DNA of 64,000 nt, from contig NZ_JADGIA010000003.1 of NCBI RefSeq assembly GCF_019683635.1, positions 19,323-83,322 of the forward strand, given 5' to 3'. This document shows, one piece after another, positions 39,176-48,785 of the stretch (position 1 is its first letter; each line of letters opens with the position of its first letter). This DNA is from Thermogemmatispora sp. (GTDB lineage Bacteria > Chloroflexota > Ktedonobacteria > Ktedonobacterales > Ktedonobacteraceae). A program made the translations under genes and the position numbers. The notes beneath the pieces were generated by a model. The model did not search any database. It had not been told where the DNA came from and worked only from the letters and a program-made list of their open reading frames with translations.

Positions 39176-40333
39176 GTGATCTGCCTGATAGGTGTGGGCA
39201 TTGGTCTGATAGTCGCCATCATTGGTGGCTATCTTTGGGGATGGGAATGGACGGGCGTCTCGTCCTACATCGGGCCAGTGCTCAAGCCAAATCAGCCATA
39301 TCGACCGGAAAAGACTTTGTGGGACTGGCTGCAGCTCTTAATTGCTCCCATCGTTCTCTTGTTGCTGGGGGTCGGCTTTGCCCAGTGGCAGCAGAAGCGA
39401 GATCATACTATTCAGCAACAAAGGTATCAAGCAGAGCAAGAACTTGCTATTGATAATCAAAGGGAATCTGCTCTCCAGGAGTATATTAATAAGATCTCTG
39501 AGCTTCTGCTGGACAAGCAATTACGCTCATGTGCAAAAGAGGCTGAGGCTCAGAAAATTGCCCGGGTCAGGGTGTTGACGGTGCTGCCGCGTCTGGATGC
39601 CAATCGTAAGAGGAGCGTTGTGCAGTTTCTCTATATGCGTCCCGTGGGCATGGTAAGTTTGAAAACGCTGGTGCGTATCATGCTCAAAGATTACCCGACG
39701 CGCTCGCTGCTGGGCTTCTCCCTGTTGGTTGGCCAGGCCTTTCTCTATAACGCTATCTTTTTCACCTATGGTCTTGTGCTTGCACGCTTTTATCGTGTGC
39801 CGGATGAAGCCATAGGCTTGTATCTGATCCCGTTCGCGGTTGGCAATTGCTTTGGCCCGCTGCTCCTGGGGCGTTTCTTTGACACGCTCGGCAGGCGCAA
39901 GATGATTAGCTTTACCTATATCCTGCCGGGAATACTGCTGGTGCTCACTGGCTGGCTCTTTATGCGGGGGAGCTTAACGGCAGCCACTCAGACGCTCTGC
40001 TGGTCGGTCATCTTCTTCTTCGCCTCAGCAGGCGCCAGCTCAGCCTATCTCACAGTCAGCGAAATTTTCCCCTTGGAGGTAAGAGCGCAGGCCATTGCCC
40101 TCTTTTATGCGGTTGGTACAGGTGCTTCAGCGGTGGCGCCGCTCCTCTTTGGCCTGCTGATCCAGTCCGGCGAGGCTATCAATGTCTTCTTCGGCTATCT
40201 CCTGGGGGCTGTAGTTATGGCGGCTGCAGGAGGTGTAGAAATGGTTTTTGGGGTTGACGCAGAGCGGCAATCGCTAGAGAAGGTAGCTCGTCCTCTTTCA
40301 GTAAGTGAGTTCTGCGATGAAGGTCATGGCTGA
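39176..40333 (+). CDS. Chimeric ORF: pentapeptide-repeat-protein-type N-terminus fused in frame to the C-terminal half of an MFS transporter (possible pseudogene)
   Basis: N-part KTLWDWLQLLIAPIVL...QRESALQEYINKISELLL...RVLTVLPRLD...VVQFLY. From ~39635: YPTRSLLGFSL..GQAFLYNAIFFTY, GRFFDTLGRR, SSAYLTVSEIFPLEVRA. Confidence 0.7.
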   Translation: MICLIGVGIGLIVAIIGGYLWGWEWTGVSSYIGPVLKPNQPYRPEKTLWDWLQLLIAPIVLLLLGVGFAQWQQKRDHTIQQQRYQAEQELAIDNQRESALQEYINKISELLLDKQLRSCAKEAEAQKIARVRVLTVLPRLDANRKRSVVQFLYMRPVGMVSLKTLVRIMLKDYPTRSLLGFSLLVGQAFLYNAIFFTYGLVLARFYRVPDEAIGLYLIPFAVGNCFGPLLLGRFFDTLGRRKMISFTYILPGILLVLTGWLFMRGSLTAATQTLCWSVIFFFASAGASSAYLTVSEIFPLEVRAQAIALFYAVGTGASAVAPLLFGLLIQSGEAINVFFGYLLGAVVMAAAGGVEMVFGVDAERQSLEKVARPLSVSEFCDEGHG

Positions 40334-40512
40334 TTGCGCCAGGGCACCAGCCAGGCAAACAGCAAGCCTGGCTGGTGAGTAAGGTGCCTGCTCCGATGGC
40401 TCCCTGAGCTTGCTGGAGACAAGACATGGAAGGCACTAGGATAGGTAGCTGTCTTACCGCTCAGCCTGGTGCCAGACTGAGCCTGTGAGCGGCAAGCGAG
40501 CCACGTCTGCCT

Positions 40513-42090
40513 TCAGGGGGTATCCCACTCGCGACCATCGCGCCGGATCAGCTCCTCCGCCTCGGCGGGCCCCCAGGTCCCAGCGGCATAAGGGCGCACA
40601 CTTTCTGCTGGCATCTGCTGCCAGGCCGTTGTAATAGAGTCAATGATGCGCCAGGCGGTCTCAATCTCATCGCGGCGGATAAACAGGGTCGAATCCCCGA
40701 GCATGCAATCAGCGATCAGGCGCTCATAGGCATCGGGTGGCTCGGTCTGGAAAGCTGTTGCGTAAGAGAAGGTCATGTCAACCGACTTAAGCCGCTGGGC
40801 GGCGCCGGGTACTTTGGCCCCGAACTTCAGGGTGATTCCCTCTTCTGGCTGGATACGTACCGTCAGACGGTTAGGGATCAGCTCACGGGCCTCGCTTGGC
40901 TTGTAGAGCAGATGAGGCACGCGCTTGAACTGAATAGTCACCTCAGTGCTGCGCTTCGGCAAGCGTTTCCCTGTACGGATATAGAACGGTACATCGGCCC
41001 AGCGCCAGTTTTCGATAAAGAGTTTGAGCGCCACGAAGGTCTCGGTCGACGAATCGGCAGGAATCCCTTCCTCCTCACGATAGCCGGGAACCTCCTGGCC
41101 GTTGATAGTACCGCGCGTATACTGGCCGCGCACCACCTGATGCGCTACCTCCTCGGGGGTCAGAGGAGGAATAGCGCGCAGCAGCTTCACCTTCTCATCG
41201 CGGATCGCATCAGCCTCGAAGGCGACGGGTGGTTCCATTGCCGTCAGGCAGAGCACTTGAAAGATATGGTTTTGCACCATATCACGAATGGCCCCAGCCT
41301 CATCATAGTACTCGGCTCGTCCGCCAATACCGATATCCTCTGCAACCAGGATCTGCACGTGATCGATATATTTCTGATTCCAGAGTGGCTCAAAGATGCC
41401 GTTTGAGAAGCGCATGGCCAGAATATTCTGTACCGTCTCTTTCCCCATATAGTGATCGATGCGATAGATCTGATCCTCGTGCAGGATGCGGGCGATCTCG
41501 CGGTTAAGTTTCTGGGCGGAAGGAAGATCGCGCCCGAAAGGCTTTTCAATGATCACGCGGCTCCAGGGGCCATGATGATTGGCACGATGGCCGCCGTGAG
41601 GGCGATGGACGAGTCCATTTTCTCCGAGCATGTGCACTACCGGAGCATAGAGATCAGGGGGGATAGCCAGATAGAAGATGCGATTGCCGCGGGTCTGGTA
41701 CTGCTGATCCAATTGCTCAAGCAGCTGAGCGAGTTTCTGATAGCCTGCGGACTCGTTCAAGTTAGCCTGGCAATAGAAAGTACGCTGGGCGAAAGACTGT
41801 CTGGCCTCCTCATCCAGGCCCAGCTCGGGTGGACTGTTCTCGGCAAGAGCTTGCACGACAAGCTGGCGCCATTGTTCCTGTGTGAAAGGGCGGCGGGCGA
41901 AAGCTACCACTACGAAACCCTGGGGTTGCGGGTGGGCGTGCATCAAGTGGGCCAGGGTTGGGAGCAGTTTGCGCCGGGTCAGATCGCCCGTGGCCCCAAA
42001 GATGACCACAATGCAAGGCTCAGGATGAATACCATCCTGCCAGATAACGTGAGGCTGAAGAGAGGATTGCACCTGTGTATCATTCGCCAT
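40513..42090 (-). CDS. zwf: Glucose-6-phosphate 1-dehydrogenase
   Basis: IFGATGDLTRRKL, IEKPFG, YRIDHYMGKETVQN, DMVQNH, WADVPFYIRTGK. Start refined to ATG 42090. Confidence 0.96.
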   Translation of the reverse strand: MANDTQVQSSLQPHVIWQDGIHPEPCIVVIFGATGDLTRRKLLPTLAHLMHAHPQPQGFVVVAFARRPFTQEQWRQLVVQALAENSPPELGLDEEARQSFAQRTFYCQANLNESAGYQKLAQLLEQLDQQYQTRGNRIFYLAIPPDLYAPVVHMLGENGLVHRPHGGHRANHHGPWSRVIIEKPFGRDLPSAQKLNREIARILHEDQIYRIDHYMGKETVQNILAMRFSNGIFEPLWNQKYIDHVQILVAEDIGIGGRAEYYDEAGAIRDMVQNHIFQVLCLTAMEPPVAFEADAIRDEKVKLLRAIPPLTPEEVAHQVVRGQYTRGTINGQEVPGYREEEGIPADSSTETFVALKLFIENWRWADVPFYIRTGKRLPKRSTEVTIQFKRVPHLLYKPSEARELIPNRLTVRIQPEEGITLKFGAKVPGAAQRLKSVDMTFSYATAFQTEPPDAYERLIADCMLGDSTLFIRRDEIETAWRIIDSITTAWQQMPAESVRPYAAGTWGPAEAEELIRRDGREWDTP

Positions 42091-42593
42091 CGAGGTCTCT
42101 CCTGCTTCCTTGGCGTCTGGACCGGTCTTTTTTTGGGTCAGATCAGTGGCTCGTTGCGGATAAAGCAAAGGGCCGGCCAGCGGCCTTCTCTGTTTCCTAC
42201 CCTCATTGTAGCAAAAGAGGATGGTCAGCTGCTATCTACCAGGGGTTACATGGTCTGACTGCGGAGACAGACTGGCTGTTGACCGGCGGTCGACGGCAAG
42301 AGATCAAAGTGGGGACCAGGCGGGGGAGGAATGGAAGCGAGCAGGCTCTTTGAGCAGCGCTCGCAGTCCTCCCTGCCCTGGCCTCAAGTAAATACACTCA
42401 CAGAAAGGCTATCAAGCTTCAACGTGTTGGTATAGGTGGCGACCGAGGCCCGTCGTCACGTCAGCCCTCGCCTGTTTCCGCCGGGCAACGAGGAGACGAA
42501 GCGGGTCGCAGGAGAAAGCCAGGTGACAGGCGGGCTGACGGCCTGCTCAGATCGGTGGAGGATAGGGAGGGAAAGCCAGTTCATGGACTGGCG

Positions 42594-43043
42594 TCAGGCT
42601 TCGATTTGGAGAGCCTCCAGCACTGCGCGTCGGCTCTCTTCGCGCGAAGGTAGAGAGCCGCGTAAGTAGAGCGAATGGCGAGCGATAGCGGCATTCGCGG
42701 CCTGACGTAGGGTGATGTGGTAACCATACGTGCGATTGAGGGCCTGGGTAACATCCTGAAAGTCCTCCAGCTCCTCGATGCTTCCTTCGGCGCGACAACA
42801 GAACGCATAGAGTGCCATGTCGGCATAGTGAATGACCCACCAGCGGCGACGCTGCTCCCAGGGCGAGCACTGCGACTCGGAGAAAGCGGCGTATGATTGC
42901 TGGTAGCACTTGCGGAGCATTGCGGCGGTCCAGTAGCAGGGAGGCTCATGGAAGACACTGGCCAGCTTGCTGGCTAAATTGCAGACCTCGTTGATGATAT
43001 CGTCCTGTTCAGTGGCCTGGTGCAGTTGCAGCTGATTCGACAT
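42594..43043 (-). CDS. Hypothetical protein (149 aa, helical, Cys/Trp/Tyr-rich)
   Basis: Open frame with RBS AAGGGGAAGG before ATG 43043; no recognised motif. Confidence 0.55.
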   Translation of the reverse strand: MSNQLQLHQATEQDDIINEVCNLASKLASVFHEPPCYWTAAMLRKCYQQSYAAFSESQCSPWEQRRRWWVIHYADMALYAFCCRAEGSIEELEDFQDVTQALNRTYGYHITLRQAANAAIARHSLYLRGSLPSREESRRAVLEALQIEA

Positions 43044-43090
43044 AACCTTCCCCTTTCCGTTCCTTCCTTGCCACGAACGGGGGTAGCGAC

Positions 43091-43189
43091 TGTAGACTGG
43101 AAAGCTACACGACCCCCCTTGTATAGGGTACATGAAAGACAAAAATTTGTCTAGCGCAATTCAAGTTTTTTCTTGTTATACAAGAAAAA
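43091..43189. promoter_or_regulatory. Cluster of palindromic operator-like sites
   Basis: TTTTTCTTGT-TAT-ACAAGAAAAA (43167-43189), AGACAAA-AA-TTTGTCT (43137-43152), TGTA-TAGGG-TACA (43120-43132). Confidence 0.45.
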
Positions 43190-43251
43190 TTGCATGAAGA
43201 AAAGCGAGAAAGAGCGTCTGCGTTGGCTGAATATCGAACTTATGGAGTAAA

Positions 43252-44226
43252 TCACGTTTTAGTGGCAGAGGACTTTCTGGGTGTGCTAGAGTAGTACGTT
43301 GCCATTGCCACGCGGAGTCGGGAGAAGATGGTGATCAATACCAGACAGATCAAAATTGGAACATAGAGAGAAACAGCCATTGGAAAGTGTAATACAAAAT
43401 AGAACAGTGATTGAAGCACTGGCAGAGGTACAATGAGGAGCAAGACCGAGAGAGTTACGGCCAGTGACCAGCGTCCACCAAGGTGGGAGACCAGCGTCTT
43501 GTAGCGTAGCTCAGCCTGTTCACGGATACTCTGCTGCATCTGCAGGAGCTGCTGACGCTCGCTGGCGATCTGCTGGCGTTCGTGGGCCAGCTCCTCTTCA
43601 AGCTGACGGGCCCGGCGCTGCGCATCGCGTATCAGATAGAGGGCGGCAGCCGCCTGTTCATCTTCCTCCTGGCGTACTTTCAGCTCAATTGTCTTTTTAA
43701 CATCCTGGAACAGAGAAGGGACATGCTCGGGACGCATAATGATCGTATTGGCCGCCTCTGCTATCATCTTGTGGGCCTCTTCCTCGACTGCTTGCTGGAA
43801 ATTTCTCTGAAGATCCTTGTACTGATCTTGCAGGCGCTGCTTCTCTGCCTGGAGTTGGCGATTCTCAGCCAGCATATCGCGGAGGTGGGCCTGATACTGC
43901 TCAATCTGTTGCTGATGTCCTTCTTTCAAGGCTGCCAGCTCCTCGTCGAAGCTAGTCTGCTGGGCATTATAAGCGGCGACCAGGCGTTCCAGCTCGGCGC
44001 GCTGCTCGGCCAGCTCACTGCGCAGGCGCTTATTCTCCTCACGCAGTAAGACAAGCTGGCGTTGAAGATTACGTGTTTGGGCCAGGTTGATCTCGCGGTT
44101 CTGGCTGGCTGACCACGGCTTGAGCATGCTGGCGGAGGCGGCCTCATGCTGGTTGGCTGAGTGCTGACTCTCGTCGGGGGTTGGAGTACGCTGCTCGGGT
44201 GGTCTCTCCTCTGAAGAGCGTGTCAT
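43252..44226 (-). CDS. Long coiled-coil protein with two C-terminal TM helices
   Basis: Q/E/L/R heptad-rich central region followed by two hydrophobic segments. Confidence 0.75.
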   Translation of the reverse strand: MTRSSEERPPEQRTPTPDESQHSANQHEAASASMLKPWSASQNREINLAQTRNLQRQLVLLREENKRLRSELAEQRAELERLVAAYNAQQTSFDEELAALKEGHQQQIEQYQAHLRDMLAENRQLQAEKQRLQDQYKDLQRNFQQAVEEEAHKMIAEAANTIIMRPEHVPSLFQDVKKTIELKVRQEEDEQAAAALYLIRDAQRRARQLEEELAHERQQIASERQQLLQMQQSIREQAELRYKTLVSHLGGRWSLAVTLSVLLLIVPLPVLQSLFYFVLHFPMAVSLYVPILICLVLITIFSRLRVAMATYYSSTPRKSSATKT

Positions 44227-44612
44227 GGTGCTTTTCCTATATCTAAATATACCTGAAATGGTCTGTATCTTGACCTATGGAGAGATGTCAGCAGACACTA
44301 TCTATCACATGATAGTATAGCACGCTTCTTGACCTGCTTGAAGGAGCAGCAAAATAGAAGCACATCACGCCGGTACAGTTCTCTCTACAGCAATTATGCC
44401 TCGAATTGAGAGAGGTTTCAAGGGATACAGCGCTGTATCTCCCGAGGCAGTGGCAGGAAACGCTCCTGGTTGGAGGGCAGGCCAAAAAAACAGGCCCGGC
44501 TCCAGACGCTACTGGCACCTTGGACCTGGGTGCCTTCTAGCGTTGAGCCGGGTTGCTACTCAGCTCGCTCTCGGGCAGACGAGCACCGGGGGCGCAACCA
44601 GAAAAGGTGGCC

Positions 44613-45296
44613 TCACTGGTGAGGAGTGACCGTACCTCGCGGTGGCCCCGGAGGGGACGTCACTGTGATCGTCACAGTCGGGAACGGCGCGGCAGTAGCC
44701 GTAGCCGTGGGTGTTGACGTTTCCTGTGTCGGGCTACTTGTCACTTGAGGGCTGGCCGTCTTGGTGGCCGTCGCTGTCCCACCGCTGCTGATTGTAAAGT
44801 AGGCGGCCTGGGGCACGGTACAGCCTGGTGTTCCCTCTTTGTTGAAGGTCACGTTCACCAGCGTCAGCTTGCCGACAGCATCCGCTCGGGGTGGGATAGA
44901 AAACACCGCCAGACCGTCGCTTGTCGTCTGCACTGTCTGCGTCGTCACACTGCCATCCCACCAGCGCACTGTGGCTGTCGCAGTTGCATCGCCCACTCCC
45001 ACCGGGTTCCCATCGACAGTGTGCACAAACTTTGCGTAGACCATGATCATCTTCCCGCTACTGATCTGCGGTGAAGTATCGGTCGCCCACGCACCACAGA
45101 GGTAGTCTGGCAGGGACGGGGTGGGAGAATCGTTCGTGCCGAAAACAATGGTAGCCGTTACGCTTGGACTCTCCAGGTTCGCTTGCGAGCTATTATTGCC
45201 GCAGGCGGCAATCACTGCACAAAAAGCTAAAAACAGACCCAGAGAGCCAAATTTCAATACCCGTTTATAAATGGAAGAAGGAATTGTCTTCTTCAT
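44613..45296 (-). CDS. Lipoprotein with Thr/Pro-rich C-terminal tail
   Basis: Lipobox VIAAC-G, beta-rich core with Cys, low-complexity T/S/P tail. Confidence 0.7.
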   Translation of the reverse strand: MKKTIPSSIYKRVLKFGSLGLFLAFCAVIAACGNNSSQANLESPSVTATIVFGTNDSPTPSLPDYLCGAWATDTSPQISSGKMIMVYAKFVHTVDGNPVGVGDATATATVRWWDGSVTTQTVQTTSDGLAVFSIPPRADAVGKLTLVNVTFNKEGTPGCTVPQAAYFTISSGGTATATKTASPQVTSSPTQETSTPTATATAAPFPTVTITVTSPPGPPRGTVTPHQ

Positions 45297-45758
45297 CAGC
45301 CATCATCTACAAAAATAGCAGCAACTGCTTTCTATTCAGCCAGCGTTTCAGGCTGCCGGATGAGGGGCCGCTGCTTGAGACTGACTTGAGTATAGCATAT
45401 CGATCCTGGCCATCTGTGGATCGGCGTCTGCTTGTGACAAAAAGTACTAGCAGGCGCGTAGGACCCAGGGCAGCGGCGGCCAATCTGAGGGGGGAAGAAG
45501 GGAATGGTAGTAACAAGCGAGCACAAGGGCTGGTATAGAAGGGGAGAGGAGCGATCTCCATGCGAGCGAGGGCCGGCGGACCAGAGGGCTTCCTGTCCTC
45601 TGTGACAGGCGACAGGTAAGAGCGATCTCCGGCGATCCGGCCCTCTCGCTTTTGCGCAGTGAGCCGCTGTTCTCTATCAGGGGGACGCCTTCAGCGGTCT
45701 CCTGCTCATGCAAGCCTTGCTGCTTCTGGCTGGCCTGGGAGCGGCCTCGCTTGTCCTG

Positions 45759-46154
45759 CTACTGGACGATAACGGTTAGCTGCATGTTGGGATGGATGGT
45801 GCAAAGTAAATGATAGGTGCCAGCGGTGGTGAAAGGTGGAGTTGTAGCGCTTTCACCCTGAACTCCATTGAAGTTCAGATCCACCGTTGGGGCGCCAGCC
45901 TCCTTTGTCACCTCGGGGTTGGAGCCTTTCCAGGTGCCGTTTTTGATCACGTGGGGGACGGCCACATCATCCACCAGGGTAAGCGCCTGGCCCTTCTTTA
46001 TGGTAATCTGCGTCACCTCGAACGCAGTTGAACTCATCTTCACCGTCGGACCAGTGTTTGTCGCACCCGCGGCTGTATCGCGAATACCGCAGGCTGCCAG
46101 AACCAGTGTGAGGAGTCCCAGAAGTACCAGACCCGTAACAACCTTTTTATACAT
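45759..46154 (-). CDS. Cupredoxin (plastocyanin/azurin-like) lipoprotein
   Basis: Lipobox LAAC-G; type-1 Cu ligands PH-VI and YHLLCTIHPNM. Confidence 0.82.
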   Translation of the reverse strand: MYKKVVTGLVLLGLLTLVLAACGIRDTAAGATNTGPTVKMSSTAFEVTQITIKKGQALTLVDDVAVPHVIKNGTWKGSNPEVTKEAGAPTVDLNFNGVQGESATTPPFTTAGTYHLLCTIHPNMQLTVIVQ

Positions 46155-46400
46155 AGAAAGACATCCCTTTCGTCATGGAGAGATAAAAAGGAGCAGGCGA
46201 GCGAGATCCTGCTGTCGTCAGCCTGACGCGAGCCTGCTGATGCGGGAGTCAGCGTAGCCGGCCAGGTAGTCCAGTGCTCGCTACATGAACAGGTGCGGTG
46301 CCCCTGCTAATAACTATAGCAAAAGCCAGCGGTGGCGAGAAGGGAAAAGGACCTCTCCCTATACACAATCTTGCCAGGGGGCAACCGTACCGTGCCAGCA

Positions 46401-46442
46401 CAAACAAAAGGCCCGAGGCGCAGCTGGCCAGCGGGCCTCGGG
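46401..46442 (-). terminator. Intrinsic terminator after tRNA-Glu copy 1
   Basis: Minus strand CCCGAGGC...GCCTCGGG stem followed by CCTTTTGTTTG. Confidence 0.7.
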
Positions 46443-46452
46443 CGAGAAAGGG

Positions 46453-46526
46453 TAGCGCATACGGGATTTGAACCCGTGATCTCCGCCTTGAGAGGGCGGT
46501 GTCCTAGACCGCTAGACGAATGCGCC
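46453..46526 (-). tRNA. tRNA-Glu: tRNA-Glu (anticodon CTC), copy 1
   Basis: GGCGCAT/ATGCGCT acceptor, CCGCC-CTCTCAA-GGCGG anticodon arm, ACGGG-TTCAAAT-CCCGT T arm; CCA not encoded. Confidence 0.96.
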
Positions 46527-46575
46527 ATGTGAGCGATGCACTCAGGTCAGCAGGGACTCAACTGCTGGCGCGGTT

Positions 46576-46604
46576 ATCATACCCGATTCTTGGCTGCCTG
46601 TCAA
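46576..46604 (-). promoter_or_regulatory. Sigma70 promoter of tRNA-Glu copy 1
   Basis: Minus strand TTGACA-17 nt-TATGAT. Confidence 0.75.
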
Positions 46605-46770
46605 GGGTTTCCGGAGCCAAGGCCAGCGGTTGGCTTGCTGAGCGCTGAGACCGCGGCTCGGGTCTTCTCGCTGCCGGGGCGTCCCAGCGTGTGTGCATGG
46701 CTGAGGAAGCCTGAGCTAGCGGCCAGGCTAGATCAGGTGGCCGAGAAGAGGAGAGGGGGGTGGGAGGGCA

Positions 46771-46812
46771 CAAACAAAAGGCCCGAGGCGCAGCTGGCCA
46801 GCGGGCCTCGGG
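46771..46812 (-). terminator. Intrinsic terminator after tRNA-Glu copy 2
   Basis: Identical to 46401-46442. Confidence 0.7.
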
Positions 46813-46822
46813 CGAGAAAGGG

Positions 46823-46896
46823 TAGCGCATACGGGATTTGAACCCGTGATCTCCGCCTTGAGAGGGCGGTGTCCTAGACCGCTAGACGAATGCGCC
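46823..46896 (-). tRNA. tRNA-Glu: tRNA-Glu (anticodon CTC), copy 2
   Basis: Identical to copy 1, offset 370 nt. Confidence 0.96.
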
Positions 46897-46946
46897 ATGT
46901 AAGTGATGCACTCAGGTCAGCAGGCGCTGAACTGCTGACGGCAACT

Positions 46947-46975
46947 ATCATACCCTACCCTTTGCCATTTGTCAA
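46947..46975 (-). promoter_or_regulatory. Sigma70 promoter of tRNA-Glu copy 2
   Basis: Minus strand TTGACA-17 nt-TATGAT. Confidence 0.75.
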
Positions 46976-47050
46976 GTACTTTTCTCAGAAGGACTGTCAT
47001 CGCGAGTGCGGGCTGAAGTTGAGACCCAGCAGCCACAGATCTGCAGCCAG

Positions 47051-48313
47051 TCATTCGCTGCGAGTGGAAGGGGAAGGCTCACCCGAGGTGGTAGCCGTAG
47101 ATTGTAAGGGATCAGCCACAGTATAGTATGCTCCCCAGTGCTCGCGGGCAATGGCCGGTCCGGCGACCAGCGCAGCCACACTAGCCACGGCACTAAAGAG
47201 CAGCATAATCCCGAAAGCATCGCTGTAGCTGGCCGTTTGATCGAGCAAGAAGCCGATCAGAGGTGGACCCATAATCAAGGTAGGCGAAGAGATCACGCTT
47301 ACCAGGCTCTGGGCCACGCCTTTGCCGACGCTGCGCAGAGAAGCGGCCTCATTAAAAATGGCCGCGTAAGGAGCGCTAGAGCCAATCGCCGTCAAAGTGA
47401 TCCCGATCCAGCTCAGAGGGGCGCTATGCCAGGGCAAGGCCAGGCAGATGATGCCTGCGCAGCAGAATAAGGCCATCAGACGGACCAGGGTGATGCTGCC
47501 CAGCCAGCGCCGCCCAAGGATCAAGCCACCCAACGGGCGGAAAAGCATCCCGCTCAGCAGAGCCAGCGAGCCACAGGTCGCTGCCAGGGCCAGGGGCAGG
47601 TGATCCAGCTGCACCAGGTAGAGTGCGATCCAGGTAGCGATGGCATTCCCCAAACCAAACGTCCCCATATGCGCCAGTCCCAGGCTCCAGACGGCTCCCG
47701 AGCGTAGTCCGTGCCTCAGTCCCCCCTGGCGCAGCGGATGCTGCTCCTCAACGTCTACCAGGAGCCAGATCAGCGCGCCGAGCAGGCCGGGGAGGCCCCA
47801 GCAAAAGAAAGCTCCACGCCAGCCGAGCAGCCGGGCGAGATAGGGGGTCAAGAGCAGGCCCAAGCCGGCCCCCACCTGGGTTGAGCCGCCGTAGAGGCCC
47901 TGGGCCAGGGCCGCCAGGCGACCGCTACCTGCCGCCACACTGGCGCCCGCCACGAAAGCTCCGCCGATCCCCAATCCAGTCAAGAGCCGCATGGCCAACA
48001 GCCAGCCGAAATGCGGAACAAGAGGCAGCAGCAAGGCCCCACAGGTTGCCAGCAACGTCGAGGCCAGCAGTACTGGACGAGCGCCGTAGCGATCGATCAA
48101 CACCCCTGCTGGCAGGTAAGCCAGGGTGAGGCCGAGAAAGAGCAGAGTCGAAAAAAGGCCGACTTCGCCAGCGCTGATCTGCAGCGTGGCCCGCAGCTCA
48201 GGGATCAGCGGGCTGTAGTTCGTGTATTGCACCGTCAGAATCAGCAGCGTCAGACAAGCAGCAAAAATACGCCAGGGCGCGCTGCGTCGTCGCTCGAAGG
48301 GAGGGAAGCGCAT
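47051..48313 (-). CDS. 12-TM MFS transporter
   Basis: GVLIDRYGAR motif A, LAMRLLTGLG, hydrophobic helices. Start refined to ATG 48313 after AAGGAAGG. Confidence 0.85.
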   Translation of the reverse strand: MRFPPFERRRSAPWRIFAACLTLLILTVQYTNYSPLIPELRATLQISAGEVGLFSTLLFLGLTLAYLPAGVLIDRYGARPVLLASTLLATCGALLLPLVPHFGWLLAMRLLTGLGIGGAFVAGASVAAGSGRLAALAQGLYGGSTQVGAGLGLLLTPYLARLLGWRGAFFCWGLPGLLGALIWLLVDVEEQHPLRQGGLRHGLRSGAVWSLGLAHMGTFGLGNAIATWIALYLVQLDHLPLALAATCGSLALLSGMLFRPLGGLILGRRWLGSITLVRLMALFCCAGIICLALPWHSAPLSWIGITLTAIGSSAPYAAIFNEAASLRSVGKGVAQSLVSVISSPTLIMGPPLIGFLLDQTASYSDAFGIMLLFSAVASVAALVAGPAIAREHWGAYYTVADPLQSTATTSGEPSPSTRSE

Positions 48314-48785
48314 CAGGATAACCTTCCTTGTCAGCCGCACTGGAGCAAGCAAGAGCGGCGGTCACCAGGTCAGCAGATATCATATCGCAGCCGAGCCGCG
48401 GGACGTCATCTTAGAGAGGCCGCCGCTGGCAATCTTCACCTGGATCTTCTTGCTCCATACAGAAAAAGGATGCCAGCCAGAGAGCGGGGCGTCAAGTACC
48501 TGGTAGCCGGGATCAAATGCGGGCATAAGAGAGCATAGCGAGCCAAGACTTGACAGATGCGCAGAGGAACGGGTACAGTCTTGCTATAAGCACAGGCAGA
48601 GCGAGAGGTAAGGTAGCGCTGCCAGCGTTGGAAGCGCAGATGAGCTGTCCTCTCCTCCTCGTCTGCGCCGTCAGCCAGACCGGAGGTCGAATCCAAGCCA
48701 GGCCAGGTCAAGCCACGCCGCGCGCGACCCCCAGGCCGGCCAAGTATGGCAGCCGAAGCCAAGAGAAGAGAGGGGGAGAAACCTC

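Larger units (their letters stand above)
46398..46900. repeat. Tandem direct repeat: 133-bp identical block (46398-46530 = 46768-46900) plus diverged upstream flanks
   Basis: Direct comparison of the two copies. Confidence 0.9.

Noticed and set aside
46307-46532. ORFs overlapping the tRNA (e.g. MAHSSSGLGHRPLK...)
   Set aside because: They are translations of the tRNA-Glu sequence.
46398-46900. tRNA duplication as attL/attR of an integrated element
   Set aside because: The full gene plus promoter is duplicated, the spacer is only ~150 bp, and no integrase is nearby.
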